Shown in pieces: positions 47,042 to 59,665 of a stretch of DNA of 64,000 bases. The notes below the pieces were generated by a model. The model saw only the letters and a list, made by a program, of their open reading frames with translations. It had not been told where the DNA came from and made no database searches. Positions within the stretch are counted from its first letter, which is position 1. Every line of letters starts with the position of its first letter. Source of the stretch: Marsupella aquatica (Eukaryota > Plantae > Marchantiophyta); contig OZ316893.1 of the NCBI GenBank assembly GCA_973895155.1, forward strand, positions 27,848,210 through 27,912,209, in the 5' to 3' direction. The position numbers and the translations under genes are program-made.

Positions 47042-47623
47042 CTACTCGCCGGATGGTGCATTTTCGGGGGGCAAATCAATCTCTTCACTTTCCGACGGTA
47101 AATCTTGGGAGTGAACTTCTGCATCACTATTATTTGCATCTTCTTGCAATTGTGGTCTCTGCTCGTTCACTGGGACTTCCTGTGCCTGAGCGATGGCGGG
47201 TTTTACTTCTTGATCTAACTCTTGCGGGGGTTCACAGGAAATTGTAGTTATTCCCTCCGTATTCATTACTGGGACGAAGGGGTAGTCTGGCGGAAGTGAT
47301 GGCGCAGCCATCGTGCCCACCTTCTTGACCAAAAGAACTTTCTGATATTGAGACGCGAGGTACTCCTCAATTCTTACGGTGTCATTTGGATCTGCCGTCA
47401 TTGCCTTCCCATAGGCCGCCTCGGCTGCTGCCCTGCGTTCTTTGTTTGCATCAAATCTGCACTCGAGGAGCGCGGTCGGCAGTGGTGGTCGTCGCGAGGA
47501 GTCTGTCGGTGGCTTGCGCGTCGTCGAACCTTTTATTATCCTAGCTCTCGGATTTGAGGTCGTTGTGATCGGCGTCCCGGATTTGTAATACTTCTTTACT
47601 GCGTGTGGTTTAGGTCGGGACAT
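47042..47623 (-). CDS. Uncharacterised 193-aa ORF divergent from COG4 (may continue by splicing)
   Basis: ATG at 47623 (MSRPKPHAVKKYY...). Basic N-terminus, helical middle, acidic/Pro-rich C-terminus, GC-rich coding-like composition. No family recognised. Confidence 0.55.
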   Translation of the reverse strand: MSRPKPHAVKKYYKSGTPITTTSNPRARIIKGSTTRKPPTDSSRRPPLPTALLECRFDANKERRAAAEAAYGKAMTADPNDTVRIEEYLASQYQKVLLVKKVGTMAAPSLPPDYPFVPVMNTEGITTISCEPPQELDQEVKPAIAQAQEVPVNEQRPQLQEDANNSDAEVHSQDLPSESEEIDLPPENAPSGE

Positions 47624-47728
47624 GTTTTGAACTTCGGCCAGAAACACGACAAGAAGCGGGCGCAGCGGAACGAGATTGCTGGTGAGACAAATCTCTACTA
47701 AATGAAGCGGCAGTAGGCGGTTGAATAG

Positions 47729-47736
47729 AACCCTAG
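47729..47736 (+). promoter_or_regulatory. Telo-box-like motif in the short divergent spacer
   Basis: AACCCTAG lies about 42 nt upstream of the COG4 ATG. Confidence 0.4.
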
Positions 47737-47777
47737 ACAGCGAAGCAGAATTGGTCCCTAATTGGTGAGATTCAATA

Positions 47778-50357
47778 ATGGGAACAGCGACACTGGATCA
47801 TGAGGACCATGGGGGGATGGTGCTCTGTCAAGGAAGAGCAGGAGAAATGCTAGAGCAAATCAGGAGCCTGACCGACATAGGAGCCATGAACAGGCTTCTG
47901 CACGAGAGCATCGCATACGAACGAAGCATTGATAGCGAGCTGGAGACGCTGCTTTCGCAACGTCATGATCTCGAGAAAAAACTAATTGGTCTCCACAAGT
48001 CGTCCGATGTCTTAGAGTATGTTCGATCTGATTCCGATCAAATGTTAGCCAGCGTCAAATCCACCTGTGCTCTGGCTGATCACGTCAGTGGTAAAGTAAG
48101 GGAACTAGACTTAGCGCAATCTCGCGTCCAAGCTACACTCGCAAGAATTGATGTCATTGTGGATCGGACTAGTTGTATTGACGGAGCGAAGCAATCGCTG
48201 GAGAGCGAGGATTATGAGTCTGCTGCAAAGTATGTAGGGAGGTTTCTAGAACTCGATGCCCAGTACAATACGATTTCCGCAGAAGGTGGGATGGTAAAGC
48301 AGGGTGGAGGAGGCACTGGACGAGCAGCACCTGCTGAACCCAAAAACCAACTGCTTGATTCGAAGCAGAAGCTCGAGACTGTGATCAAACGAAAGCTTGC
48401 GGCCGCTGTCGAGGCCCGTGATCATGCAAGTGTCGTGCGATTCGTGAAACTTTTTCCTTCCCTGGAGCTGCAGGAGGAAGGGCTGCGACTGTATGTGGAT
48501 TATCTCCGAAAGGACGTAGCTTTACGAGCTAGAGACGACTTTGAGGGTGCAGTCGAGTCCCTAGAACAAGTTGGGGGAGGAATCGCCGACTTTGTAGGGG
48601 TCCTCAACAATCTGTTTAACTACATTGCTCAATCCATCGAGGGAAATGAAGAGCTTCTGCGCAGCTTTGCCGGAGAGGATGGCATTGTCTTCGCGATCCA
48701 GGAACTACAGCAAGAATGTAATTCCAGGGGACCCGTCATCCTCAAGAGATACGTGGAACACAGAAAGCTTGTGAAACTTACCAAAGACATCGCTGGTCTG
48801 AGCAAGAATCTTATATCGGTGGGAAATACTGAAGGGCCTGACCCGAGAGAAATTGCGTTGTATTTGGAGGAAATGCAGGTCCTCATTCAGACCAGCGAGG
48901 ATTACCTCTACTTCGTGATAACTAGGGTAAGAGAGGCAGGTTCTGCTGGTGCCCAAGTGAGCCCACGGTCGACCAACAGCTACAAAACAGGAGCTTTTGC
49001 AAGGTCGGTGCAGGAGTTAACTAGATATTACGTTGCTCTGGAAGAGTTTTTCATGGAGGAAAATGTGAAAAAAGCCATCAAAATTGATGAATTTGTGCCT
49101 GATGCTATCACTACCTCGATGGTTGACGATGTCTTCTACGTCCTTCAAACGTGCTCAAGACGAGCTATTTCGACCTCCAACATACAGGCCGTGCTGGCTT
49201 CTTTGAATCACGTCAGTGATTTGCTGAACAACGAATACAAGGAGGCTCTGCTGAGGAAAATCAGGGAGCCAAACTTGGCCGTGAAATTATTCGTTGGTGG
49301 AGTCGGTGTTGTAAAGACTGGCATGGAAGTGGCGGCTGCTCTGAACAACGTGGACGTAAGTGCTGAATATGTCATCAAATTGAAGCATGAGATTGAAGAC
49401 CAGTGCTCTGAGGTATGTCTGCCAGTCCATCCAAAGGGATAGTCGTGTTAATATTTCTTATGCTGCGTCACCCAAGAAAAGAAGTTTTAGATCAAGAAAG
49501 GAGTGAGCTGTCGTCCAGCTAATTGCAATGTATATATCTAATACTTGTGGGACAGCAGAAGCGTTAATACCAGGAATTCTACTACGTGACAGTTGTCATC
49601 AGAATTGAATCGACCCACAATTTTTTGCATTTCATTGCAATGGTCCCTCTGAATTTCGTGGACAGCGGTAGTGACCACTTGTTTATAATAATCTTACTGC
49701 TAATTGTACAAAGCTTATTGTTTGATTGTGCAGTCTTTCTCGACCTCTGCAGAAAGAGAAAAGGTCAAATTATGTCTGACTGATTTGGGAGAGACAAGCA
49801 CTGGACTTCAACAATTGGGTAGTAGCGGATTGGAGCAGCTGGCAAATGCCATTATACCTCGCTTGAGAATCGATGTCGTTGCACCTGTATCATATGAGCT
49901 GAGCGAGGCTCAGTATGCGGAGAATGAGGTGTCAGACCCCTGGGTGCAGAAGCTGTTACATATGGTCGACGTGAATTTGACATGGCTTCAGCCTTTTCTA
50001 ACCACGAATAATTACGACTCCCTAGTGCACCTCATTATTGACTTTTTAGTGAAACGCCTGGAGGTCATGATGACTCAAAAACGTTTTAATCAGTTGGGTG
50101 GTCTTCAGCTGGATAGGGATGCCAGAACATTGGTTGGTCACTTCTCAGGGATGACACAACGAACTGTACGGGATAAGTTTGCGCGCCTCACACAAATTGC
50201 TACCATTCTCAACCTGGAGAAGGTATCCGAAATCCTTGAATATTGGGGTGAAAACTCTGGGCCAGTTACCTGGCGTCTTTCCTCTACTGAAGTTCGTCGT
50301 ATCCTTAGTCTCCGAGTTGACTTCAAGCCTGAGTTAATTGCTGCCCTGAAGTTATAG
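47778..50357 (+). CDS. COG4: Conserved oligomeric Golgi complex subunit 4; exons 47778-49412 and 49734-50357 (752 aa)
   Basis: VSGKVRELDLAQSRV, TTSMVDDVFYVLQ, FNQLGGLQLDRDAR and VRDKFARLTQIATILNLEKVSEILEYWGENSGPVTWRL. Phase-0 GT-AG intron. Confidence 0.96.
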
Positions 50358-51711
50358 GTTGAAACCAGCCAATGTTCTATTTTATGTCCCTTCCCGATGG
50401 ACTTCCAAGTTAATGGCAGACGTTTGCTCACCCCCATTATTTGATGCTGGGCATCTCCGCACATATTGCCTTTCATATTTGACTAGGCCGTGTTGGTGCT
50501 CTAATATAATAAACTATTGTAAATAATTGACTGGGGAGCGTCTGATCCATTTCGGCTTGTACTGACACAAATCTTATACAAAGGTCGTGCAGTTCAATTT
50601 TTTGGAAGTTTGAAGGGACTGCTGAGCTTTTTCAGTTACATGAATAGCTTGCTTGGTTGATCTGTATGAGCTAAGATCTTGGGGCTTGATCATGAATCTT
50701 GGAAGTATGTCAAGTTCTCTAAATTTTGTGGCTTCTGTGTTCAACTTTTCTTTAGGCTTTAGAGCTCCTGCTTGTCAACCCTGCCTATGGGCATGCTAAG
50801 CTGCGGTATGTTCGGAGACCGAGCTAAGTCTAGTCAGAAATTTAATGAACATGTGATTATGGAGTGGAGCATTACGTTTAGTCTAGTAGACAGTGGCAAT
50901 GAATTGGTCTTGAAATTTCTATGGCCTGATTGGATTTTGTTTTAGATCTAAACTGTTTGCACGGGAGCCCATGACTGTAGCTGTCGATCAATAGCCGTGC
51001 TCTGGGACAAAATGAATCGCATGTGGGAATAGTAACAATTTAGAGACCTCGCAAGTAGTTTGAAGCGAATGGCTCAGAATTATGGGGAAGTCGGACCATA
51101 TTGACTAGGTCCTACCTGTAAGTCATGAAGAATTCGACAGACTGGTTTCACTCATTAGCTGTGTCTTGTTATGATGCTTGCTAGTATTGGTTGTCGTGAA
51201 CTGCTAACCTCTAAATCCCCCGCCTACAAATTACTCTGCATCCACAATTAGAAAGCAGCGCAAGATGAACCATTTTTGCATGTTTTAAAACCACAACTAC
51301 CGAGAGACTCGATCAAGATTACTCGAGAGATTAGTGCTCAAAATCAACGACAGTACTCATTGGAAAACTCACTGAAACCGTTAGAATCCCAGGAACTACT
51401 AGCAGCTATGAATGTCGAATCTAGGGACTCATAGGCAGCCTCCAGGAGGAAAGGTTATTGTCGAAAAGTACCAGCATCATCGAATCGGGTGGGGGTCTTC
51501 CTACTCTTCCAGGGTTGAGATTTATGGTCCCAAACAATTTCCCTTATTGTTCCATGTATACCTCGGAGGTCCCTTGTAGTAAAAACGAGCATCTGCATGT
51601 AGCAAGGAAAGCACTGAAAAGAAGCCCAGGTGTCAGATGCTATTTGATCCAGCTCAGGAGCTGGAAAAATCAAGCATAATGGAACGTATACCCAATGAAA
51701 AGCAGCGAGAG

Positions 51712-51820
51712 CTTGTGCACATTTACAAGCCGTAGCTTCAGCTGATGTTAGCATACAGTGTGATTTACCCGAGTAACTTGTGCACATTTACAAGCCGTAG
51801 CTTCAGCTGATGTTAGCATC
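51712..51820 (+). repeat. Direct duplication of about 44 bp
   Basis: CTTGTGCACATTTACAAGCCGTAGCTTCAGCTGATGTTAGCAT occurs twice. Confidence 0.85.
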
Positions 51821-52960
51821 CAGTGCCGAGTAGCCAAACATGGACGAAAGTGGGAGGCCTTCATCCCATCCGCCCTCAAATGAACGCTCACCCTCGTCCT
51901 AGCTTGGCCCAAGCTTCCACGTGAGGGTAGAGTTGAAGTCAGTTCCCCACTAACGTAGTTGCATCCGAATGAGACGCGCCGACGGCCGATCGGGGACCGG
52001 GAATGCTCGACTGTGAACGGATGTCCTTGTCACCCTGATGAGCAGGCAAGGACGACGAACCGGCTTACGAAGAACTCACGAAGGAAGGTATTGTTCATTT
52101 AAAGAACCCCCGAGTCCATTGCTCATCGAAAACCTCAGGAGCCCATCATTTAATGGAAGTCATCGCTCAACTCATATGATTCTGTGCAAGGTCGAGGTTG
52201 AATTACAGTGAAATGGTCGAGCTTGAAGTCCGCATCTTGAGTTTCAAAGGAGCATAACACAGAAGATGCCTGGGCATGGATATCTTCACGGAAAAGTTGG
52301 GCGGAGCCACAGACTGAGCGATTGAGAAGAATGCACGCCGAATTCAGCAAGGCACGAAAAGCAGAGTGGAAGGCCCTGCTGCCCATCTACACCCCACACA
52401 AACTTGAGGGTAACCCTGAAATGGTGTTCGGCCGAGATCGTGCCCCTGCTTTCTGCAGATCTAAAGGCGAACCCCGACAACCCTGTTTCCTTTGTGGAGG
52501 AGTCGTGTGCTAAACCCAAGAGTAGATTTGTAGTTGGGACAGAAGGATGGCGGGAAAGTTCAGCTCATAAATCAAATGGTTTACTCTGTTTGATGCAGGG
52601 TGTTTTAATTGAAGCAGGACTTGGTTTGTAGGAGAGACAAAATGATGGCGGGAATTACACTTTATTTCAGCTTATAAAAGCCATGGTTTGCGTTGTTGGA
52701 TGCAGGGTGTTTTAGTGGAAGAACAAACATACGGGAGTCGTACTACTCTACAGTGAAGTAGGCTGGGCCCAACATTTCGCAGTTCCAGATTCTTTCCACT
52801 CTGCGTTTTTCGAATCATTGTCAAGTCACATGGCACACCACCGAGCGTTTCCTCGGTAAGAAGCGGGTCTTGGCAACCTAGTCGAAGTACGCCCAAGTTT
52901 TTGCAGTTGATGGTAGGGAGGGATGAATTTTTGATGCAGTCGCGCCAGTGATTGCCGAGG

Positions 52961-54782
52961 ATGGTGGCTGCGGCGCTGTCTCAGGCCTCTGGCGTCGTTT
53001 TGAGCTCCCAATCGTTCTCTGGATCGCAGTATCCACGATGCTGTTATTTCATGTTGACCTGCGGCAGCACTTTAGGTCAACGGGAGCCGGCTGGTTCACG
53101 TTCCGTGGGCGCTGTTGAATTTTCAGGCCGAGTTTGTGCGCTTCCATTGAAGTTTAAGGTGTCTAGTAGCAGCAGGTATTGGAAAAGTTCTGCTTTCTGC
53201 TTTTGTTTTGAAAGGGGAGTAAGATTTGACCAGCTAAAATTTCCATCCACACTCTAGCTTGCTTTGTCCAATGCCCATATGGTTAGTTAGTTACCATTCC
53301 AGCTGCAATTCTTCAATGTACGGACTGGATAGGGAATTTTTTGTTGGGACTTCTCAAGTGATGGTGTTGGAAACCGTCTTATTCTGAAGCTGATCCATCA
53401 TGCACGCAGGGCTCAACATGTTGGGCGTGTATCGACGTCTCCAGCTGCTGATCCTGACAGCATACGCATCTCTTACGCATCAGAAGGACTACCTATTGAA
53501 GCGGACGAAGACAAATTTCTCACTGGAGAGGAGTACCTCAGGGAAGAGTTACCACCTGACTTACAACCCGACTTGATGCCGAAGCATGTTGCAATAATTA
53601 TGGATGGTAATGCACGGTGGGCGAAAGGTAGAGGGATGCACCTGAGTTTTGGGCATGCTGCCGGTGCGGAAGCGTTAATGCAAGTTGCAAGGGCCGCTGG
53701 TGAATGGGGTATCAGTGCTCTTACAGTTTTCGCATTTTCAACGGAGAATTGGCACCGGCCGCAAGTAAGTATGGAGCTCTGCAGTGATATGGAAACGAAC
53801 GTGATTTGTCTTGTGATGCATCTTATCGTGGATCATTTGTAGGCTGTAGCATACATTCTTTTGGTCTCGCTTACGCCGAATTGGCATCACTTTGAGCTAT
53901 TTCATCAGCGCATGAACGACTGCCATAGGGTTTGTATCGTTTTGCTGTAGGTGGTTCATCTATATGTTGTGTATTGGATTGCTGTCGGCTCGAGAGTAGA
54001 TCTTGGTTTTAGAAGTTTTCACAATTCTGACGCAGGTTGCTGTCCTTTCGTGTAGGTCGAGGTGGACTTTCTGATGCATATGTTGGAAACAAAGTTACAG
54101 ACTGAAATGACGGTTATCATGAGGTATGTTCCTGAGATGTGTGCAAAGACCCTAGTCAGACCTGTAATTCTGAAGCCTATTGAGTTATGTAGTGGATTTC
54201 CTTACTACAGCTTTCAATGTTCGATCTGGTAGATTGTAAGCTCCCGCAGGATGGTGCCGTGACTGCCTGTTCCATTCAATTTGTTGGTCATCGAGCAAAG
54301 ACCCTCAGACAATCTCATTGTATGCTTACAGGTACAATTTTCGGTTGCGATTTGTAGGAAATGTGTCAACCCTTCCCCTTTCCGTGCAGAAGGCTGTTGA
54401 ATCAGCAACTGAACGTACAAGGGGAAACACTGGCATGGTAGTTAACATTTGTGTGAACTACAGTGGGAGGTCTGACCTCGTTCGGGCTTGCCAACAACTG
54501 GCACTAGAAGTAGCAGAGGGAAGATTACGTCCTTCAGATATAGATGATGCCGCGGTTGCTGATAAAGTATTCATGAGTGAGCTCGGAGAACTACAGGATC
54601 CTGATTTGGTGATCCGCACAAGTGGAGAGCAACGAATCAGTAATTTTTTACTGTGGCAGGTTGCTTACTCCGAATTTGTATTCTCAGACACACTTTGGCC
54701 TGACTTTGGAAAAGAAGACTTGAGAGCCGCACTGGTAAATTACCAGAAAAGGGATCGACGCTATGGGGTGAGAGCTGCGTAG
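52961..54782 (+). CDS. CPT: cis-prenyltransferase (undecaprenyl/dehydrodolichyl diphosphate synthase family), probably plastid-targeted; exons 52961-53175, 53410-53764, 54056-54123, 54332-54782
   Basis: [71 protein letters not shown] and RDRRYG. Ser/Ala-rich N-terminal extension. Splice phases are compatible. Confidence 0.94.
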
Positions 54783-56926
54783 GGGTGTGCTACGGTCAAA
54801 TTAAATTTCATAAGCACTGTCTGAGTTCCGATCACGTTCGAAATGTGTTACCTCAAGTCCGTGCTGGGTTGTGTTATGAGCATGGTGTGATTATCAGCAA
54901 GGGTTTAGCATATGGCAACGTATTAGCAATCTTCCTACTTAGAGTAGGGTGAGTCCAGTCAGGCCTATGAACTACAAGACCAGAAAGGGTTTATGTTGAT
55001 CAGAACGATATAATCATTATAGAGTTGCAAACCATAAGGATTGGGGACATGTTAACAGACCTTGAGAGTTAAACTTGAACAAGTGGTTTAGTCAAACAAT
55101 TACACATGTCCGAGCCAAAATGGTTTTTTTGGTTAGTAGGCTATATATTGTTGTGCCCATGCAGCATACATTGGTTTGTCACACACGTCTAATATCATAC
55201 ATTGTTTGTCTGTTTGTCACACACATTCTATCATGAGCTTAGTCTAATATCATAAACACAAGAGAGTGGAATAGAAGTGCAATTATGTACACACATGCAC
55301 AAAACCCCAAAATGTAATATTCTCACAATCAAAAAGCTACCAAATGTATACACACACAATCCTGCCAATGGCCATCATATGTCAAGCCAAATGCCCTTTG
55401 AGCTTCAATGAATTCACTTTACATGCAGACAACTTTGTCTGTCACACCATAGCTGCCAGAGGTAGCTTTGCTCATAAGGCTCATAATTGAAAGATGGCCT
55501 TTGAGCCACCACAAAGGGATAACTATTATTCACACCCAAAACCCTCATATAGCACTAATACAAAAGCCCTAAACCAGGGAAGCATGATTTACTATCCTAT
55601 GACTCAGAATGGTATGACAACATGTTCGGTTAATATGTAGTCTACCCAAATGAGCTTATCCTCCAATCATACAATGCTCTGACCCTTCCCCAAACTCTGT
55701 CCTTTGCCTGAACAGTCCCCACGCACACCCTAAACCCCTAAAACCCTCCTAATCACAACCACTTGACTTACTCAGACCTAAGGGAAGAGGTGGGGGTGTG
55801 AGGCTCGAAGTTGGAGGTTTTGGACTGTGGTGTTTGGGAGGGGGTGAGGCCTTCCACCCCTGTAAAGCCCTCCAGCCTGTAGTTTTCTGCTTTGTCTTTC
55901 TATAGATGGTTATGATCCATAACCCCCTTGCCAGCCTGGCCCAAGGTTATGAGATTTAGGCCCCCCAAGCTAGCTCACTGGTGGATTGTCCAGTTTCAGG
56001 CACAACTCAAGTCAAAAATAGAGCAAAAGTACACGTGCTCTGGGGTTACATTACTAACCCGCAGCCACTTTGCCTACGCTATATAACCCCCTCAGGCTCA
56101 CCACCCTTTGAGAATAAATCCTACAACCTTTGGGCCTATGGATTGCCCTATATGAGAGATATACTTAGTTAGTGGACTTTGACTACCGCTTGGAGGGTTT
56201 GTAGTGGGCACAATGAATTCAAAACCTTTGTTGCCTTAATATCATCTTGATGCACAAGAGCACATGTGTGACAGCATCCACCACGTGTGACAAAGACCCA
56301 GGGATTTCAAATCCAGTTTGTGCCTTGCTCAATGGCTCACAAAACTTTTAGCTGAGACCTCTATATAGCTCCTAGGTCATACGTGCATCTAGCCGCACAA
56401 GTGTCTCTACTTGCACATGAGGTGCCTCCACTTCCACAATTTGTATGACTGAGTTGTTACATCGTACAACCACTTCTCTTCTTGCTCTTGGCGTTTGGGA
56501 TTCCACATCTTATGGCAATAAGTAAACACATCCATCATTAATAACAATTAATCATAGTCCTGGAAAAATGGTGACCCCTACCGGTGCACTCACCTAATGT
56601 GACAGGATTATAGATACATTTGGTGGAAGGGGGATACTATCAATTGGGCCATCAATATCAATAGCATATCCATCAACATCCATATGTTGGGCAGGAGCTT
56701 CATCATTGCGAGGGTCAACCTTTTGCTTCCTTGAAAAACTTATTTTTTGTGTTGCCTTCTTCTCTATGTATGTGCGCGTTGCTTCCTCTAGTCCCTATGG
56801 ACATTCAAAAAGTCTATAAACATTGATACAACTGAGTGTTTCCAACAACAAAGCGTACAAAATCCCAAGGAAATCATTGTGGTCTTGCACAATCAATTCA
56901 TGGTAATTTATTTCATTGATGTCTAT

Positions 56927-57269
56927 AGTTAAGCAAAGACAACATTCATGCAACATGCCCATGAACATTAAAGGAATTAGAGTCAACAAAGAGAGATACG
57001 TACAACTCAAATGAGACTACGCCCATGGGAATACGCAAGAGTTTTATTGCACTCTAGGCCCAACAGCCATATACCGATTCTTGGCAATGCAAGTTTTTCT
57101 TATCTCTCAACTGGCTCCGTAATAATGAGCCTAAGTTCCTTACTTACCTGGAGCAACAACTTGTTTGTGCATATAGTGTGCAACACAACTAACCTACCCA
57201 AGGTGTGACTAAGGTTAGTCAAACTATGGTTGTAGTCATGACTCTAGACCTAAGAATAAATGTCTAACA
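56927..57269 (-). mobile_element. Solo LTR, old member of the 345-bp family
   Basis: Colinear with 29190-29534 (TTTATTGCACTCTAGGCC, TATCTCTCAACT.GCTCCGTAA.AATGAGCC, TCTAACA end). One terminus and the TSD are degraded. Confidence 0.75.
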
Positions 57270-58729
57270 TGTACAACCGTGGTTGAGGGGACTCTAGCTA
57301 AAAACTTTCTTAGAAGGTAAGGCTATATCTGGATGAGGGCAAGATGGGTTCTATCTCCAGCAAGGTATTTAAATTGCTCCCTACATTTCACACATCTTCA
57401 AGAAATAGGAACTAGGCAACATGTTAGGTTATGCTTCTAGTATAGCCTATTTACTTCCATAGTACTATTTAGGATAGGACTAGGGTGACACTTGTTTGAG
57501 TTCCAGGTTTCCATGGACCTTGGGAGGGAGTATGTCCAAGTGGAACCCAAACTTGTGCTCACATTTGACAGTTCATCATTTGTGTGTGCAGAGGCTATGG
57601 AGGGTGAGAGAGATCAGGTCATAGTGGAGCTTGTGAAACTAGGTTATGGTGGATGTACCTGTTATGTTCATATTGATTCTTATCTCACAGCCGTTGACAT
57701 AGCCTAGACCCTAAACCCTAAGGGTGAACCACATACTCTCTTTGTCAGTGTCACTATATTGTTGTATGTTGGTTCCTATTAATGCCAATCATGCTACCCG
57801 ATTAGATCCCAACACAACACTAGAAGCATCCAATGACAGTCACAAGAAAACACTAATGAAATGAAATTAAGCACACTAGCAACCAAATGATTCCAACAGA
57901 TTTCATAAAGGGCTGGCATATTTAGATTTCAAATTTCCTTTGTAGTTGGTATACAATTGGCACAATGTATTCACAAGAGCAGGAGGGCTATGGCTCTTGG
58001 GAGCTCCAATGCGGCCCTAAACCCTTTATGGGTAGAGTGTATATTACATATACAATGTGCTCAATGCATTCACACAAAGAGGAAGGCTGTGCGGGGCAGG
58101 GGGGGAGGCGGGAGTGGGAGGGGGGAAGGGAGGCTATAGGGCTTGCATGCTCCAATAGGGCATCTCAAAATACATTCATTTTTCTGCTCTGACTATGCCC
58201 ATACGTGTTGTGGTTTGGGACAACAATCATGACTGGTTGGGCACCAATTGTGAGGACTGACCAGTCACGCTCGGGACCATAAAAGCCCTGGGCCCTCAGC
58301 TTACAAATTAATCCGTGGACACCCATGTTATCTAGAAACTGAAGTCTAGATGGACCTCCGAATCTAAAGAAAACAAATTTCAAAAATGAACAAGTCAATG
58401 TTTGACACTTAAAACAGTTGCCAAACTTACCAAGGCAACCATAATTAACATCAATCACAAAATCAGTTGCAATGTGAACTACTATTTAATGTGTGGGTTG
58501 CTTAATTGCACACTTCAGCAAAACGGTGCTTGACGGTTTCCTCCACGGTACCGAAGGGATGCTGGATGCACTCAAGTTGCATTGAAAGTAATCACTTTCA
58601 ATTCCTACACGCATATAGACGAATTAAGAGAGAGAAATCATCGGTGTCATCAAATCACTAACTTTGCATTACTGTTTAAGACAAAGTTTCATGAAACAAA
58701 TCTCCAATTGTGGAATTCGGAATCGATTG

Positions 58730-58945
58730 AAAGCTAGAGAATTTTAGAAACTCATGACCACTTTAGTACTTGAGAAAATCTCCCAATGTCACACTCATTC
58801 TAAAGCTAGAGAACATTAGATACTTATAATCTCCTCAGAACTCAACTAAATCTATTAATGTTAAGTTCATTACAAAACTAAAGAAATTCTTAAAATTATA
58901 ATTTCCTTAGTACTCGATAAAATCTATCAATTTTAGGTTCATTCT
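58730..58945 (+). repeat. Degenerate AT-rich tandem repeat of about 72 bp (3 copies)
   Basis: Recurrent AA.CTA.AGAA..TT...TTAGTACT...AAATCT...AAT...TCATT. Confidence 0.55.
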
Positions 58946-59276
58946 TATGGAAGGGGTCAGCATTTAAGGGGGTTGTACAACAAAGATTAGAGATTATGAA
59001 ATCATGGGTAAAATCTATTTTTCAAATTACTTACTCAATTCTTATCGAATGGTGACAGTGCTGAGCTCATCAGGACCGTCTCTTCAAGATCTTTCCAACG
59101 CCATATTATACATGAGTTTTCATTATGATTTTACGAGCAGCAATGTCAAATCAAAAATTGTTGCCGGGAAAAAATTGTTTTGAATAAAATCAAAATGTAA
59201 AGAAAACCGTTACTGGAGGCAATTTTACCTCAATCTTTTTGTCTTTTGATTTGCATATCATTTTTTTACCTACTTT

Positions 59277-59443
59277 TTTACGGCATGGCGTCCCAGTTTT
59301 TACAGCAAAGTTGTCACAAACACGAATGCAGAAGTTAATTTTATCCAAAAACAAGTCTCTTCCTGTTTGTAGCATGCCATGATGATGTGGCGCGCTGTGA
59401 AGCCAGGAATTTTGGAAAGGACTCCTAATGGGGGTCCGTAAAT
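59277..59443 (-). repeat. Dispersed repeat related to 38796-38960 (DNA-transposon terminus)
   Basis: Reverse complement reads ATTTACGGACCCC...TTCCAAAATTC...CACAGCGCGCCA...CATTCGTGT...GGACG.CATGCCGTAAA. Confidence 0.7.
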
Positions 59444-59665
59444 AGTAAATCATACGTGCAAAAGTCCAATGGTTATTAAATATCAAATTCGCAAATAATA
59501 TTATAACACCGTTCCAAGAAACAAGGTCCTTATATATCTCCATTCTTCATTAGAAGAAGTGAAGGGTTTTAAAAAATGTGTCCCAAAGTTGTTCAATTGA
59601 AGGGGCATGGAATATCCAATGACATGCGTCACTTGTTGATTGGACCACATGTCAACAGACCAGTG

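Noticed and set aside
52030-52075. CTGATGAG...GAA resembling a hammerhead ribozyme core
   Set aside because: The intervening bases do not form stem II, the motif is GAAC rather than GAAA, and I found no flanking stems.
47778-54782. COG4 next to a cis-prenyltransferase as a glycosylation gene cluster
   Set aside because: The CPT has a transit-peptide-like extension and looks like the homomeric plastid type rather than the ER dolichol enzyme. Adjacency alone is not evidence of a cluster.
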